Below, one piece after another: positions 10,085 through 18,711 of a DNA stretch of 32,000 nucleotides. Origin of the DNA: an uncultured beta proteobacterium. Its GTDB lineage: Bacteria; Pseudomonadota; Gammaproteobacteria; Burkholderiales; Gallionellaceae. Location of the stretch: the NCBI GenBank assembly GCA_963797045.1, contig CAWCNZ010000015.1:118381-150380 (forward strand). The letters run 5' to 3'. The first letter of the stretch is position 1, and each line of letters starts with the position of its first letter. The notes beneath the pieces were generated by a model, which worked only from the letters and a program-made list of their open reading frames with translations, was not told the origin of the DNA and searched no databases. The translations under genes and the position numbers were made by a program.

Positions 10085-10849
10085 TCAGGCGATCTCGCGC
10101 CAATCCAGCCCCTCGTCCTGCGTAGCGACGGCTATCCAGTCTTCGGCGCATCCCAACGCACCGCTCAAGGCCTGCACCGCCAATTCCGGCAGGTTGTTCT
10201 TGCGGCTGAGGTGCGCCGCGACGATATGCTGCAGCCGGCTGTTGTCCAGGCGCCGCAGCAGGGCCGCCGCATCGTCGTTATTGAGGTGCCCGAAGCGCCC
10301 GCCTACCCGCTGCTTCAGGCGGTAGGGGTAATCGCCGTCGGCCAGCATCCCGGCATCGTGGTTGCATTCCAGCACCAGCGCATCGCATCCGCTCAGGGTC
10401 GCCTCGATATACGGCGTCGCATGCCCCGCATCGGTCAGCACGCCCAGCCGTTTTGCGCCGTCGCCGAATACGAACTGCACCGGCTCGCCCGCATCGTGCG
10501 GCACCGGATACGGCTGGACCTCCATGTCGCCGATGGCGAACCTGCTATGGATGTTGATCTCGGAAACGGGGATTCCGGCGAACGCGGTGCTTTGAGCACG
10601 CAAGGTGCCGTGCGAGAGCCAGACGGGGATGGAGAATTTGCGCGCCAGTTTCGCCACGCCGGAGATATGGTCGCCATGCTCATGCGTCACGACGATGCCG
10701 TTCAAGGACTCAGGGGATATGCCGAGGCGCGACAGCCGCGCAACCGTCTCGCTCAGGGAGAAGCCGCAGTCCAGCAGGACGCAGGTTCGGCCGGCCTGCA
10801 CCACGAGGGCGTTGCCCTCGCTGCCGCTACCGAGCAGGGCGAAGCGCAT
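10085..10849 (-). CDS. MBL-fold metallo-hydrolase
   Basis: MRFALLGSGSEGNALVV... with the HEHGDH metal motif; 254 aa. The track ORF extends artificially upstream through bamC. Confidence 0.85.
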   Translation of the reverse strand: MRFALLGSGSEGNALVVQAGRTCVLLDCGFSLSETVARLSRLGISPESLNGIVVTHEHGDHISGVAKLARKFSIPVWLSHGTLRAQSTAFAGIPVSEINIHSRFAIGDMEVQPYPVPHDAGEPVQFVFGDGAKRLGVLTDAGHATPYIEATLSGCDALVLECNHDAGMLADGDYPYRLKQRVGGRFGHLNNDDAAALLRRLDNSRLQHIVAAHLSRKNNLPELAVQALSGALGCAEDWIAVATQDEGLDWREIA

Positions 10850-10857
10850 CGCCGCGA

Positions 10858-11452
10858 TTACTTGTCCAGGTTCTGGTACAGGGTTTCGACGAGGCGCGTG
10901 GTCTCGGCGTTGCTCTTGCCGTCCGCATCCACGACGGTCACCTCGGAATTCCCGGCCTTCTCGCGCACCACGACCTGAAGATCCGGCTGCTTCTTTTTGT
11001 CCTTGCCTGGCGCAGCCGCGACGAAATAGATGCCCTTGCTCCTGTCCTTGTCGGTCGCCACGATGCGCGCACGCTCCAGCGCCAGGCCGACCTTGCGCCA
11101 GCTGCGGTCGAACGGCTCGCCCAGCAGGATGCTCTTGGTGCCACCACTCTCCTTCAACCTGGCAGTTGGTGCGGCTGCGGCAACGGGCGCTGCCGCAGCG
11201 CTCGCCGGGGCGACACACGGCTGCTCTGCCGTCTTTTCTGGTGTATTCCGAATAGCTGGCGACTTTCGCGCCATCCGTTCCCGGAATGGTGTAGCGCTGT
11301 TCCGACTCCGGCACGGTCAGATCGGGAGGCACTTCCAGCGGCTGGGTCTGGATGGCGCCCGCCTTGTAGTCCACCTGCTTACGGTCGAAGATGCTGCATC
11401 CCGCCAGCAACGAAACGGCGGCGAATCCCAATACGATGTTCCTGACTTGCAT
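10858..11452 (-). pseudogene. bamC: lipoprotein downstream of dapA (BamC/NlpB-like), frameshifted near 11234-11250
   Basis: MQVRNIVLGFAAVSLLAGC (lipobox) in one frame continues as ...TAEQPCVAPASAAAAPV...ETLYQNLDK* in ORF 10858-11274. The break is at or near the T4 run 11234-11237. Length is 3n+1. Classic dapA-bamC synteny. Confidence 0.6.
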
Positions 11453-11463
11453 GACTGCTCCCA

Positions 11464-12351
11464 TCAAATGACTCCTGCCTGGCGCATCGCTGCTTCGACC
11501 GCAGGCTGGGCACCCGCGGAAAGCGGCGTCAGCGGCAGACGTATGTTGTTCTTCATCTTGCCCATGCGTGCCACCGCCCATTTCACCGGGATGGGATTGG
11601 CTTCGACGAACAGGTTGCGATGCAGCCCGAGCAGGCGGAAGTTGATCTCGCGCGCCTTGGCGACTTCGCCGTTCAATGCCGCCGTGCACATCTCATGCAT
11701 CAGCTTTGGCGCGACATTGGCGGTCACCGAGATGGTGCCGACCGCGCCGAGCAGCATCAGCGCCAGCGTGCTGGCATCGTCGCCGCTGTAGACGGCGAAA
11801 TCCTTCGGTGCGCGCTGCAACAGGTCGCTGCCGCGCTCGATACCGCCGGTCGCATCCTTGATGCCGACGATATTCTTGATCTGCGCCAGACGCAGCACGG
11901 TGTCGTTGCTCATGTCGGCGCCGGTGCGTCCCGGCACGTTGTACAGGATATGCGGCATGTCCACCGCCTCGGCGATGGCCTTGAAGTGCTGGTACAGACC
12001 TTCCTGCGTCGGCTTGTTGTAGTAAGGGACGACGGTGAGCGAAGCGTCTGCGCCCGCCTTCTTCGAGAACGTGGCCAGCTCGATGGCTTCCCTGGTCGAG
12101 TTCGCGCCGGTGCCGGCGATGATGGGAATGCGCTTGGCGGCATGCTTCACCGCTTCGGCGATCAGCATCTCGTGCTCTTCCACATTGACAGTGGGGGATT
12201 CGCCGGTGGTGCCGACCACCACGATGGCATCGGTGCCTTCGGCGATATGGAAATCGATCAACGCGCGGAAGGACGCCATATCCAGGCTACCATCCTCATG
12301 CATCGGCGTTACGATCGCTACGATACTTCCCTTGATCATGTTCGCTGCCAC
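11464..12351 (-). CDS. dapA: 4-hydroxy-tetrahydrodipicolinate synthase
   Basis: 295 aa with [25 protein letters not shown] and YNVPGRTG motifs typical of DapA. Confidence 0.95.
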   Translation of the reverse strand: MAANMIKGSIVAIVTPMHEDGSLDMASFRALIDFHIAEGTDAIVVVGTTGESPTVNVEEHEMLIAEAVKHAAKRIPIIAGTGANSTREAIELATFSKKAGADASLTVVPYYNKPTQEGLYQHFKAIAEAVDMPHILYNVPGRTGADMSNDTVLRLAQIKNIVGIKDATGGIERGSDLLQRAPKDFAVYSGDDASTLALMLLGAVGTISVTANVAPKLMHEMCTAALNGEVAKAREINFRLLGLHRNLFVEANPIPVKWAVARMGKMKNNIRLPLTPLSAGAQPAVEAAMRQAGVI

Positions 12352-12420
12352 TAAAAGAAAGTCCGCATTCTACCCCAATCGCCCCGCCCAACGCGACAAG
12401 AGCCGCGCCCCTGTGAAATA

Positions 12421-12693
12421 ATGCAGCCAACCGGAATCCACTCGACCATGTCCTCTATCACCCTGGCTCACCTGCATCCCGGCGACACCGCCACCATCGT
12501 CGCCATCCACGCCGAAGAAGCACTGCATCAGCGCCTGCTGGCGCTGGGGTTCCGCAGCGGCAAGCAGATCGAGTTGATCCGCAAGGCCAGCTTCTCCGGG
12601 CCATTGCAGGTCCGCATCGGCACCACCGACATCCTGCTGCGCCGCAACGAGGCCACCAAGATCAAGGTATGCAAAGGGGCGGGCTGCGCATGA
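12421..12693 (+). CDS. feoA: ferrous iron transport protein A
   Basis: Small SH3-like FeoA (LAHLHPGDTATIVAIHAEEALHQRLLALGF). The true start may be the ATG at 12448. The stop overlaps the feoB start (ATGA). Confidence 0.85.
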   Translation: MQPTGIHSTMSSITLAHLHPGDTATIVAIHAEEALHQRLLALGFRSGKQIELIRKASFSGPLQVRIGTTDILLRRNEATKIKVCKGAGCA

Positions 12694-14478
12694 AACGCAT
12701 CGCACTCCTGGGCATGCCCAACACCGGCAAGTCCACCCTGTTCAACCGCATGACCGGCGGCGCCGCGCGCGTCGGCAACTGGCCGGGCATCACCGTCGAA
12801 CTGCTCAGCGGCAAGATCCTGCTGGGCGTCGGACATGGTGGAGATCATCGACCTGCCGGGCATCTACGACCTGCACGGTTTTTCCGACGACGAACAGGTG
12901 GTGCGCCACTTCCTGCACGACAACGTGCCCGACCTGGCGCTGGTCATCCTCAACGCCACCCAGATCGAACGCCAGATGAGCCTGCTGCTGCAACTCAAGC
13001 AGCTCAACATGAACATCGTGGTGCTGCTCAACATGTCCGACGAAGCCAGGAAGTACGGCATCACCATCGACAGCAGGAAGATGTCGGAGATGCTGGACAT
13101 GCCGATCTTCCTGCTCAGCGGCAAATACGGCACGGGTTATCAGGAAGCGCTGCAGGCCATCGCCAAGGCGTTGCGCTACCCCACGCCCGGCATGGCGGAG
13201 CAGTTGCGCAGCCAGCTGGAGCAGGACGAGCACATCGAAACCGAGATGGCGCGCGTGCTGAAGCATGCGGTGCAGGTCCCGGCACAGTTGCCGGAGATCC
13301 TCACCGACAAGCTCGACCGCGTGATGCTGCACCCCTGGCTGGGGCTGCCGATCTTCTTCGGCATCATGTATTTGTTGTTCCAGGGCATCTTCCTGCTCGG
13401 CCAGCCGTTGCAGGGTTGGGTCGGGGAGGCACTCGGCTGGTTGCGCGAATCCGCACTGGAGCCCGCTTTCGCGGGATTGCCGGCGATGCTGAACGGCCTG
13501 TTGCTGGACGGCATCTACAACGGCGTGGCCACGGTCGCCGCCTTCGTGCCGATCATCGTGCTGTTCTTCCTGTTCATGGCCATGGTGGAGGACAGCGGCT
13601 ACCTGTCGCGCGCCGCGTTCCTGATGGACGCGCTGATGGCGAAGATGGGACTGGACGGGCGCGGCTTCGTCATGCTGCTGATGGGTTTCGGCTGCAACGT
13701 GCCGGCGCTGATGGGCACGCGCGTGATGCGCTCGCGCAGCCTGCGCCTGCTCACCATGCTGGTGATCCCGTTCTCGCTGTGCTCGGCGCGCCTGCAGGTG
13801 TTCGTCTTCATCACCGCCGCGCTGTTCTCGCCCAAGGCCGCGCCAGTCGTGCTGTTCAGCCTGTACCTGTTCAGCTTCGCCGCCGCCATCCTGACCGCAC
13901 TGCTGTTCAAAAAGAATTTCCAGAACAACGAACCGTTCGTGCTGGAGCTGCCGCCCTACCGTTTCCCCACCGCGCGCCAGATGCTGCTGCGCGGCTGGCA
14001 GGAAGTGCGCCATTTCCTGCGCCGCGCAACGCAGTTCATCGTCGCCGGCGTGGTGATCGTGTGGCTGCTCACGCACCTGCCGACATCAGCGACTCCCGGC
14101 GGAGCGGACACGTTCGCCGGCATGATCGGCAGCGTGCTGCATCCCGTCTTCGCGCCCATAGGCATCAACGAGCAGCTCACCATCGCACTGATCTTCGGCT
14201 TCGTCGCCAAAGAGATCGTCATCGGCTCGCTGGCGGTGATCTATGGTTTGAGCGGGGAAGCGCTGGGCAGCGCATTGGGACAGCAACTGGACTGGGTACA
14301 AGCCTACAGCTTCATGCTGTTTACGCTGATCTACACGCCCTGCCTGTCCGCCATCGCCACTTTGCGCAGCGAAGCGAAAAACCTGCGCTACACGCTGTTC
14401 GCGCTCTCGTGGTCGCTCGTGCTGGCGTGGCTGGTCAGCTTTATTTTCTATCAGGGAGCACGCGCGCTGGGATATTGA
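12690..14478 (+). pseudogene. feoB: ferrous iron transporter FeoB, frameshifted near 12831
   Basis: MKRIALLGMPNTGKSTLFN (G1 motif) in one frame continues as MVEIIDLPGIYDL... plus the polytopic membrane domain in ORF 12835-14478. Length is 3n+1. Confidence 0.9.
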
Positions 14479-14497
14479 GCGCGCGCAACGGGACTAC

Positions 14498-14729
14498 AGG
14501 GCGTTTCTAGGAATTCAAAATCCTAAGCAAGACAAGGCGCGAGCAAAAATTGCGACGCAGCATATGCGGTCATGACACGGTGCGGCGGAGCCGTCTGGTG
14601 CGGGAATGACCGCGTGCGCCACCTCCCGCAGACGGCTGCTTCGCAGTAACGTGTCGGTAGCGCAGTATGTGAGTAATTTTTGGGAGCAACGCCGTATTGC
14701 GACGGAGTTTGGATTCTTAGAAATGCCCT
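14498..14729. repeat. about 230-bp imperfect long inverted repeat (MITE-like or structured intergenic element)
   Basis: The termini agggcgtttctaggaattcaaaatcc (14498-14523) and ggagtttggattcttagaaatgccct (14703-14728) are reverse complements at 22/26. The arms pair further inward, including gagccgtctggtgcggg / cccgcagacggctgc. Confidence 0.55.
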
Positions 14730-15030
14730 ACGGTTGTTTCCAGGCCTGGTCAAGCAGCTCCTGCGCCCGGGCATACTTGGCATTGGCCTCATCCAGATCC
14801 TTCCTTGAGGCTGCTGCTTTCTGCCGGTCTTCTTCCAGACGCTTCTGGGAATCTGCCAGACGCTTCTCGGAATCGATCACCTTCTGCAGGTTGTCCTTGT
14901 GGTTCGCTTCTGCTTTTTCCAGGATCTCGCGCGCATATTCCACGCCGACCTGTTGCGCCGAGACATCCTTGGCTTGAGCCAGGGATGTCATCGAAACGAG
15001 CGCTGTGAAGAACAGACCCGTCTTCAGCAC
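14728..15030 (-). CDS. secreted coiled-coil protein (hypothetical)
   Basis: 100 aa with signal peptide MLKTGLFFTALVSMTSLAQA, then a charged helical sequence rich in K/E/A/Q. Confidence 0.6.
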   Translation of the reverse strand: MLKTGLFFTALVSMTSLAQAKDVSAQQVGVEYAREILEKAEANHKDNLQKVIDSEKRLADSQKRLEEDRQKAAASRKDLDEANAKYARAQELLDQAWKQP

Positions 15031-15045
15031 GGCGTCACGCGTGCG

Positions 15046-15612
15046 TCAGAACGAGAGCTGCACACCGATGTGCGGGCCGTTGATCAGCACCGCATCTGCG
15101 CCCGTGGTTTTCAGCCTGAACAAGGTCTTGCGATAGCCCGCATAGACCTGCACTTGCGGAGAAATGGAGAACTCGGCGCGTGCGCCATACTGCTCGTAGC
15201 GCTCCGCATCGCCGTAAGTAATGATCGTGGGTGCCAAATAGACTTCGCCCGCGAAGGCCACGCGGCGCTCCACCGGCAATTCGTAGCGCACTTGCACGCC
15301 GAGCGCGGCCGCCGATGCATTCTTCCGGGTCGGCGTCTCCCTGATGGTCGCGGCAACTACTTTTGCGCCAACGCCAATAGTCAGACCGGGCGCGTTGGTT
15401 TCGTCATTCGCCACCAGCAGCCCTACCCCGCCGATGATGCTGTTCTTGTCGTTGTACATCAGTTCCGCATAGACCTCAGACTTGCCGGAGAGGCCGCTGG
15501 CGACGCCGTATTTGAATTGGGCTGTTGTGTCGCTCAAGCCGATGTCCAGCGTATCTGCCGCAGCAAGCGTAGTCACAGACATCAAAGAGATTGCAAGGAT
15601 TTTACGCAACAT
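15046..15612 (-). CDS. small outer-membrane beta-barrel protein (YfaZ-like)
   Basis: 188 aa with a signal peptide, alternating hydrophobic beta-strand pattern and C-terminal ...GVQLSF (terminal Phe). Confidence 0.55.
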   Translation of the reverse strand: MLRKILAISLMSVTTLAAADTLDIGLSDTTAQFKYGVASGLSGKSEVYAELMYNDKNSIIGGVGLLVANDETNAPGLTIGVGAKVVAATIRETPTRKNASAAALGVQVRYELPVERRVAFAGEVYLAPTIITYGDAERYEQYGARAEFSISPQVQVYAGYRKTLFRLKTTGADAVLINGPHIGVQLSF

Positions 15613-15648
15613 TATTCACTCCTAAACGATTGCAGATTGATTCGATTT

Positions 15649-15662
15649 TGGCGGAGGCGGTG
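15649..15662. repeat. tRNA-distal att core (copy of the tRNA-Ser 3' end)
   Basis: Exact 14-bp match to 24839-24852. The flanking sequence differs on both sides. Confidence 0.75.
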
Positions 15663-15783
15663 GCTACCAAAATAGCGCCTCACACTCTCTCACGACATCT
15701 CAAGCGGGCTTGAAAGGTCAAACCGGCGGGAGTTTACACTGTGTCGCAACGGCTCACAACGACTCACGAGATTTCAACTCAAA

Positions 15784-15803
15784 CGATGGGTGAGGCGATG
15801 GGT
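15784..15803 (+). promoter_or_regulatory. tandem CGATGGGT motif pair, site A (possible integrase arm-type site)
   Basis: cgatgggt at 15784-15791 and 15796-15803 (12-bp period), about 120 bp inside the left att core. The same arrangement occurs at 18692 and 24775. Confidence 0.4.
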
Positions 15804-15861
15804 TAGTCACCAGTTGGCGATTAGTAAAGAACTGGGCGCTACTGCATGTTGCTCCACTGCG

Positions 15862-16755
15862 CTAACACGTCCATCCCCTTCCAGTAAGATGTCCAGCTTT
15901 TGCGGTTGGCACGTGATGAATGTCGCCCTGGATACCCTCCGTTGCGGGTCCTCCGTATGCCACGACGTTAATCTGGGCAAGTCCAACTTTCTGCTGTAGC
16001 GCAACTGAAGAGATGAACACGTCCCAGTGATAGCCAGCACCGTTGGGTATATTGGGGCGCGCCCAGCCGTTTTCGTGCCGATCCAGCCAAGCTACCTTTC
16101 CCGATACTGTTCCAAAAGCAGAGGTCGTGCCCTTCCACCATTGAAGGGGAGGACAAAAGGGATAATGCGTACCGTGCTGTTGTCTTGGCAGACGCCAATC
16201 GAATCGTGCGGTCCAGTGGTCAATCAAATTGCGGGGGTGATAAACACACAGGAGCTGTGTGGGGCCCATCCCTTGGGGTTGGAGGTGCAATAACCAACGC
16301 GTGTTCTCGTCGAGAGTGCTTTGTCCAATTACGTGATGCACTAGATTTCGACCTAATACCCTTCGCGTAAACATAATCACATCATCACCACTGGCTATAG
16401 CGCGTATAGCGGCTGCAGCCATTCTTTCTTCCCAGGGATTTGGCAGAAATGGCGCCCCAAATAGCTGCAGAAAACCCTTCCTCCACACTACTCCAGCCGT
16501 AACATGATGCTGCTGCGGTGGCAGAGCTGATCTCTGCCCTATCTTGCGAATTTCCTGCAAGGCGTGTTTTGCGGTTGGCCCTAAGTTTCGCTCTAAAGGC
16601 GCCGCATACTGTGTCCACAATTCAGGCCAATACTCCTGAAATGGCGGAAGAGAAATCCCATTCTGCTTGCAGGCTCGCAGCACAAAATCAAACTCGAGTT
16701 GTACCTCAGAGTCTGGCCGTCCGAGAAATAGTGCGGGGTCTAGCAACCCAATCAT
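15862..16755 (-). CDS. hypothetical 297-aa protein coupled to the ATPase (putative effector; two RNLxxH motifs)
   Basis: Its ATG overlaps the ATPase stop (ATGA at 16752-16755). RNLVHH (16333-16350) and RNLIDH (16216-16233) are present. The C-terminus carries GYHWDV...GDIHHV. No family recognised. Confidence 0.7.
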   Translation of the reverse strand: MIGLLDPALFLGRPDSEVQLEFDFVLRACKQNGISLPPFQEYWPELWTQYAAPLERNLGPTAKHALQEIRKIGQRSALPPQQHHVTAGVVWRKGFLQLFGAPFLPNPWEERMAAAAIRAIASGDDVIMFTRRVLGRNLVHHVIGQSTLDENTRWLLHLQPQGMGPTQLLCVYHPRNLIDHWTARFDWRLPRQQHGTHYPFCPPLQWWKGTTSAFGTVSGKVAWLDRHENGWARPNIPNGAGYHWDVFISSVALQQKVGLAQINVVAYGGPATEGIQGDIHHVPTAKAGHLTGRGWTC

Positions 16756-18350
16756 GGTGCCTCATCGGACTCAGGTTCGTCCCCCTCTCGCAGTTCTACA
16801 ACAGTTGAGTTTGGCGTAGCGAGGCCAGTTTTGCCTAACCTTGCGTAGTAAATCGCACTTTCTTCGTCGGTCGACTCGTCCATGAAGTCTGCGGGCCAAA
16901 TTTCCGATACGCCGCCCTCAGCGGTAAGGCGACTAGATGTGACACTAGAAATGCCTTGGGTATCTTGCTCGACGCTCAGCACTACTACATTCTCAAGTAG
17001 CCATTTTTCGAGGTCACTACCAGCGCCAGCCCGAACTGCAAGGCCGCGGAGCCTGCGAACTAAATGGTCGCTATGGGTTTCCACTAAGAGCCTACGGTTT
17101 GCACGCGCGAGACTCACAAGCCAGTGCGCCAAGCGACTCGCGACTTTGGGATGGAGATGGGCCTCAGGCTCTTCAAGCGCGATGTGAGTAAACGACCTGC
17201 ATTGTTTCTCATACTCTGCCAAGGTCATGCTTCCCGAGATGCCGGAGAATCTCAATGGATCGGCAAATAGGCCTAGCTCTACCAGTGGCAACAGGTAACT
17301 CAAGCCACGACCGACATGCAAAAGGCTGGCATCACCAAACAAGAGACGAAACCCAACATCTTGGATTTCTTCAAGCCGCAGAGGTGCGTTGACTGACAAG
17401 GCCTCCAATGTAAGGTTAACGGCCTCAACTAAAGGTCGTCCGAGAACACTATCAGGCGCGGTAACCGACGAGTCGTTAACATCACCTGGCGGCAGGAAAT
17501 GAACAATATCTCTTTGCCTTCGATGCAACAGTTGCGCTGCAAGTTCACCACTGGCCCCAATCTCACTTGGAGCCGTCGTAGCAATCTTAAAGAGGCTCGG
17601 AGGTGATTGCCGGAAAGAACCCAAATAATGCAGTTCAGACAACAAATCCTTCAGCGCTGCCAATGGCTGCGCAAAAAGGATCATGTAAGCGTTGTGCCAC
17701 GCCCGCTGCCGGTGGCGGGGACCGACAGCACTCCGATCTATCTGCAAGTATGGGATAAAGTGATCAAGTTCTACTTGAATATGTTCTGCGACAATCCCAT
17801 TCCACGAGCAAAGCCAAATGCCCTCCTCCCGCCACACTCTCACCGTTGGAGGAGAGACCTCATCCAAGGATTGGAGCTCTATCAATTCAATCTCTGCTGT
17901 GCCTTGGCGGTCGATTGTATGAATCTTAATTGATGTACGAAGCCTCTTTGTATTAGGGGGTGTTGCAAACCACCGCACTCCAGAATTCTTTGCTAAGTTA
18001 TCCAAGTCAGGCGATGCAACACTTGCGATAACCGCCGCCACATCGACATCTGATTCCCATTCAAGCTTTATTACGGGACCCTCCACCTTCGAAGATTGCG
18101 CGGGACGGCCAAAAGTAAGTTCACGAAGGCCAAATGCCTCCACCACTCCTTCTAGTCGAAGCGCCACGTCTGACCTGGGATCGGCAAGAGTCTGCTTAAG
18201 CAGCAAAATACTCTGGATAAGGGTGCTCTTGCCGGAATTATTTCTACCAACAATCACTGTAAGCGGAGCAAGATCAATTCTCGTCTCGGGCTTGAAAGAC
18301 TTAAATCGCTCGATGCAAATGGCGGTAAGTTTGGCATTGGAGCTATTCAT
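16752..18350 (-). CDS. ABC/OLD-type AAA ATPase (AAA_15/AAA_21-like), no fused nuclease domain
   Basis: 532 aa with Walker A GRNNSGKST, signature-like GRGLSYLLPLVELG, Walker B ALEEPEAHLHP, H-loop LLVETHSDH and an acidic C-terminal tail. Confidence 0.85.
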   Translation of the reverse strand: MNSSNAKLTAICIERFKSFKPETRIDLAPLTVIVGRNNSGKSTLIQSILLLKQTLADPRSDVALRLEGVVEAFGLRELTFGRPAQSSKVEGPVIKLEWESDVDVAAVIASVASPDLDNLAKNSGVRWFATPPNTKRLRTSIKIHTIDRQGTAEIELIELQSLDEVSPPTVRVWREEGIWLCSWNGIVAEHIQVELDHFIPYLQIDRSAVGPRHRQRAWHNAYMILFAQPLAALKDLLSELHYLGSFRQSPPSLFKIATTAPSEIGASGELAAQLLHRRQRDIVHFLPPGDVNDSSVTAPDSVLGRPLVEAVNLTLEALSVNAPLRLEEIQDVGFRLLFGDASLLHVGRGLSYLLPLVELGLFADPLRFSGISGSMTLAEYEKQCRSFTHIALEEPEAHLHPKVASRLAHWLVSLARANRRLLVETHSDHLVRRLRGLAVRAGAGSDLEKWLLENVVVLSVEQDTQGISSVTSSRLTAEGGVSEIWPADFMDESTDEESAIYYARLGKTGLATPNSTVVELREGDEPESDEAP

Positions 18351-18362
18351 CTTCCCTATCCC

Positions 18363-18635
18363 CTAGTGTTCATCTGCGCACACTACGACTGTTAGTGCAT
18401 CAACTTCAACTTGCATCACGACAACTATGCAATTTATTGAAAATTGGTCATTTGTGCTTGTACGCGAGTATAGCTTCTGGGCCTCGCAAATGAAATCTTC
18501 CAGCAAGATTCCCGTTTTCAGGGCGGTCTGTTTTCGCAGATGTAGATCAAAAATACCCCCCCACCCCGCAATCCCAATAACGACGGGAGCCGCGAAGGAG
18601 TTCCAATAGCGGCGCGACTTTGCGAGGAGGTACAT
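18363..18635 (-). CDS. hypothetical small protein with an N-terminal hydrophobic segment (first gene of the ATPase operon)
   Basis: 90-aa ORF ending 12 nt before the ATPase start. N-terminus ..RRYWNSFAAPVVIGIAGWGGIF. Its 5' end is duplicated in inverted orientation at 23828-23885. Confidence 0.4.
   Translation of the reverse strand: MYLLAKSRRYWNSFAAPVVIGIAGWGGIFDLHLRKQTALKTGILLEDFICEAQKLYSRTSTNDQFSINCIVVVMQVEVDALTVVVCADEH
18559..18616. repeat. inverted repeat copy 1 (5' end of the 90-aa ORF)
   Basis: The reverse complement matches 23828-23885 at about 52/58 positions by manual alignment. Confidence 0.7.
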
Positions 18636-18691
18636 CGCATCTCACCCGCGACAGAAAACAGCCCCCTAAAATTTTGGCCTGATCATTTGAG

Positions 18692-18711
18692 CGATGGGTA
18701 GCACGATGGGG
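18692..18711 (+). promoter_or_regulatory. tandem CGATGGGT/CGATGGGG motif pair, site B, overlapping the int start
   Basis: cgatgggt at 18692-18699 and cgatgggg at 18704-18711 (12-bp period). Each contains a candidate int ATG (18694, 18706). Confidence 0.4.

Noticed and set aside
9804-10325. Track ORFs 9804-9995 (-), 9833-10075 (-) and 9906-10325 (+)
   Set aside because: These are low-complexity frames overlapping or antisense to the small lipoprotein gene, the terminator and the MBL hydrolase gene. The + strand lipoprotein frame, with a signal peptide and lipobox, explains the region.
12805-14076. 423-aa minus-strand ORF, and the 613-aa + ORF at 12669-14510
   Set aside because: The first is antisense to feoB. 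The second is the out-of-frame continuation of the feoB N-terminus after the frameshift (RPAG-rich nonsense). Only its first 47 or so codons are real.
14590-14636. gccgtctg / cagacggc resembling the Neisseria DNA uptake sequence core
   Set aside because: There are only two copies and they simply form the central stem of the long palindrome. The full 10-12-mer DUS is absent, and there is no other occurrence in the window.
15727-15775. Possible second, degenerate tRNA-Ser 3' remnant (ctcacaacgactcac versus the tRNA's ctcacgaacgactcgc) inside the island's left end
   Set aside because: Only a stretch of about 16 nt aligns. The expected adjacent acceptor and T-arm sequence does not align convincingly. 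This may be chance or a very old att scar, and is not supportable as a feature.
18427-18609. 60-aa + strand ORF
   Set aside because: Antisense to the 90-aa ORF that is positioned as the first gene of the ATPase operon. It has no RBS. The 90-aa ORF is itself only moderately supported.
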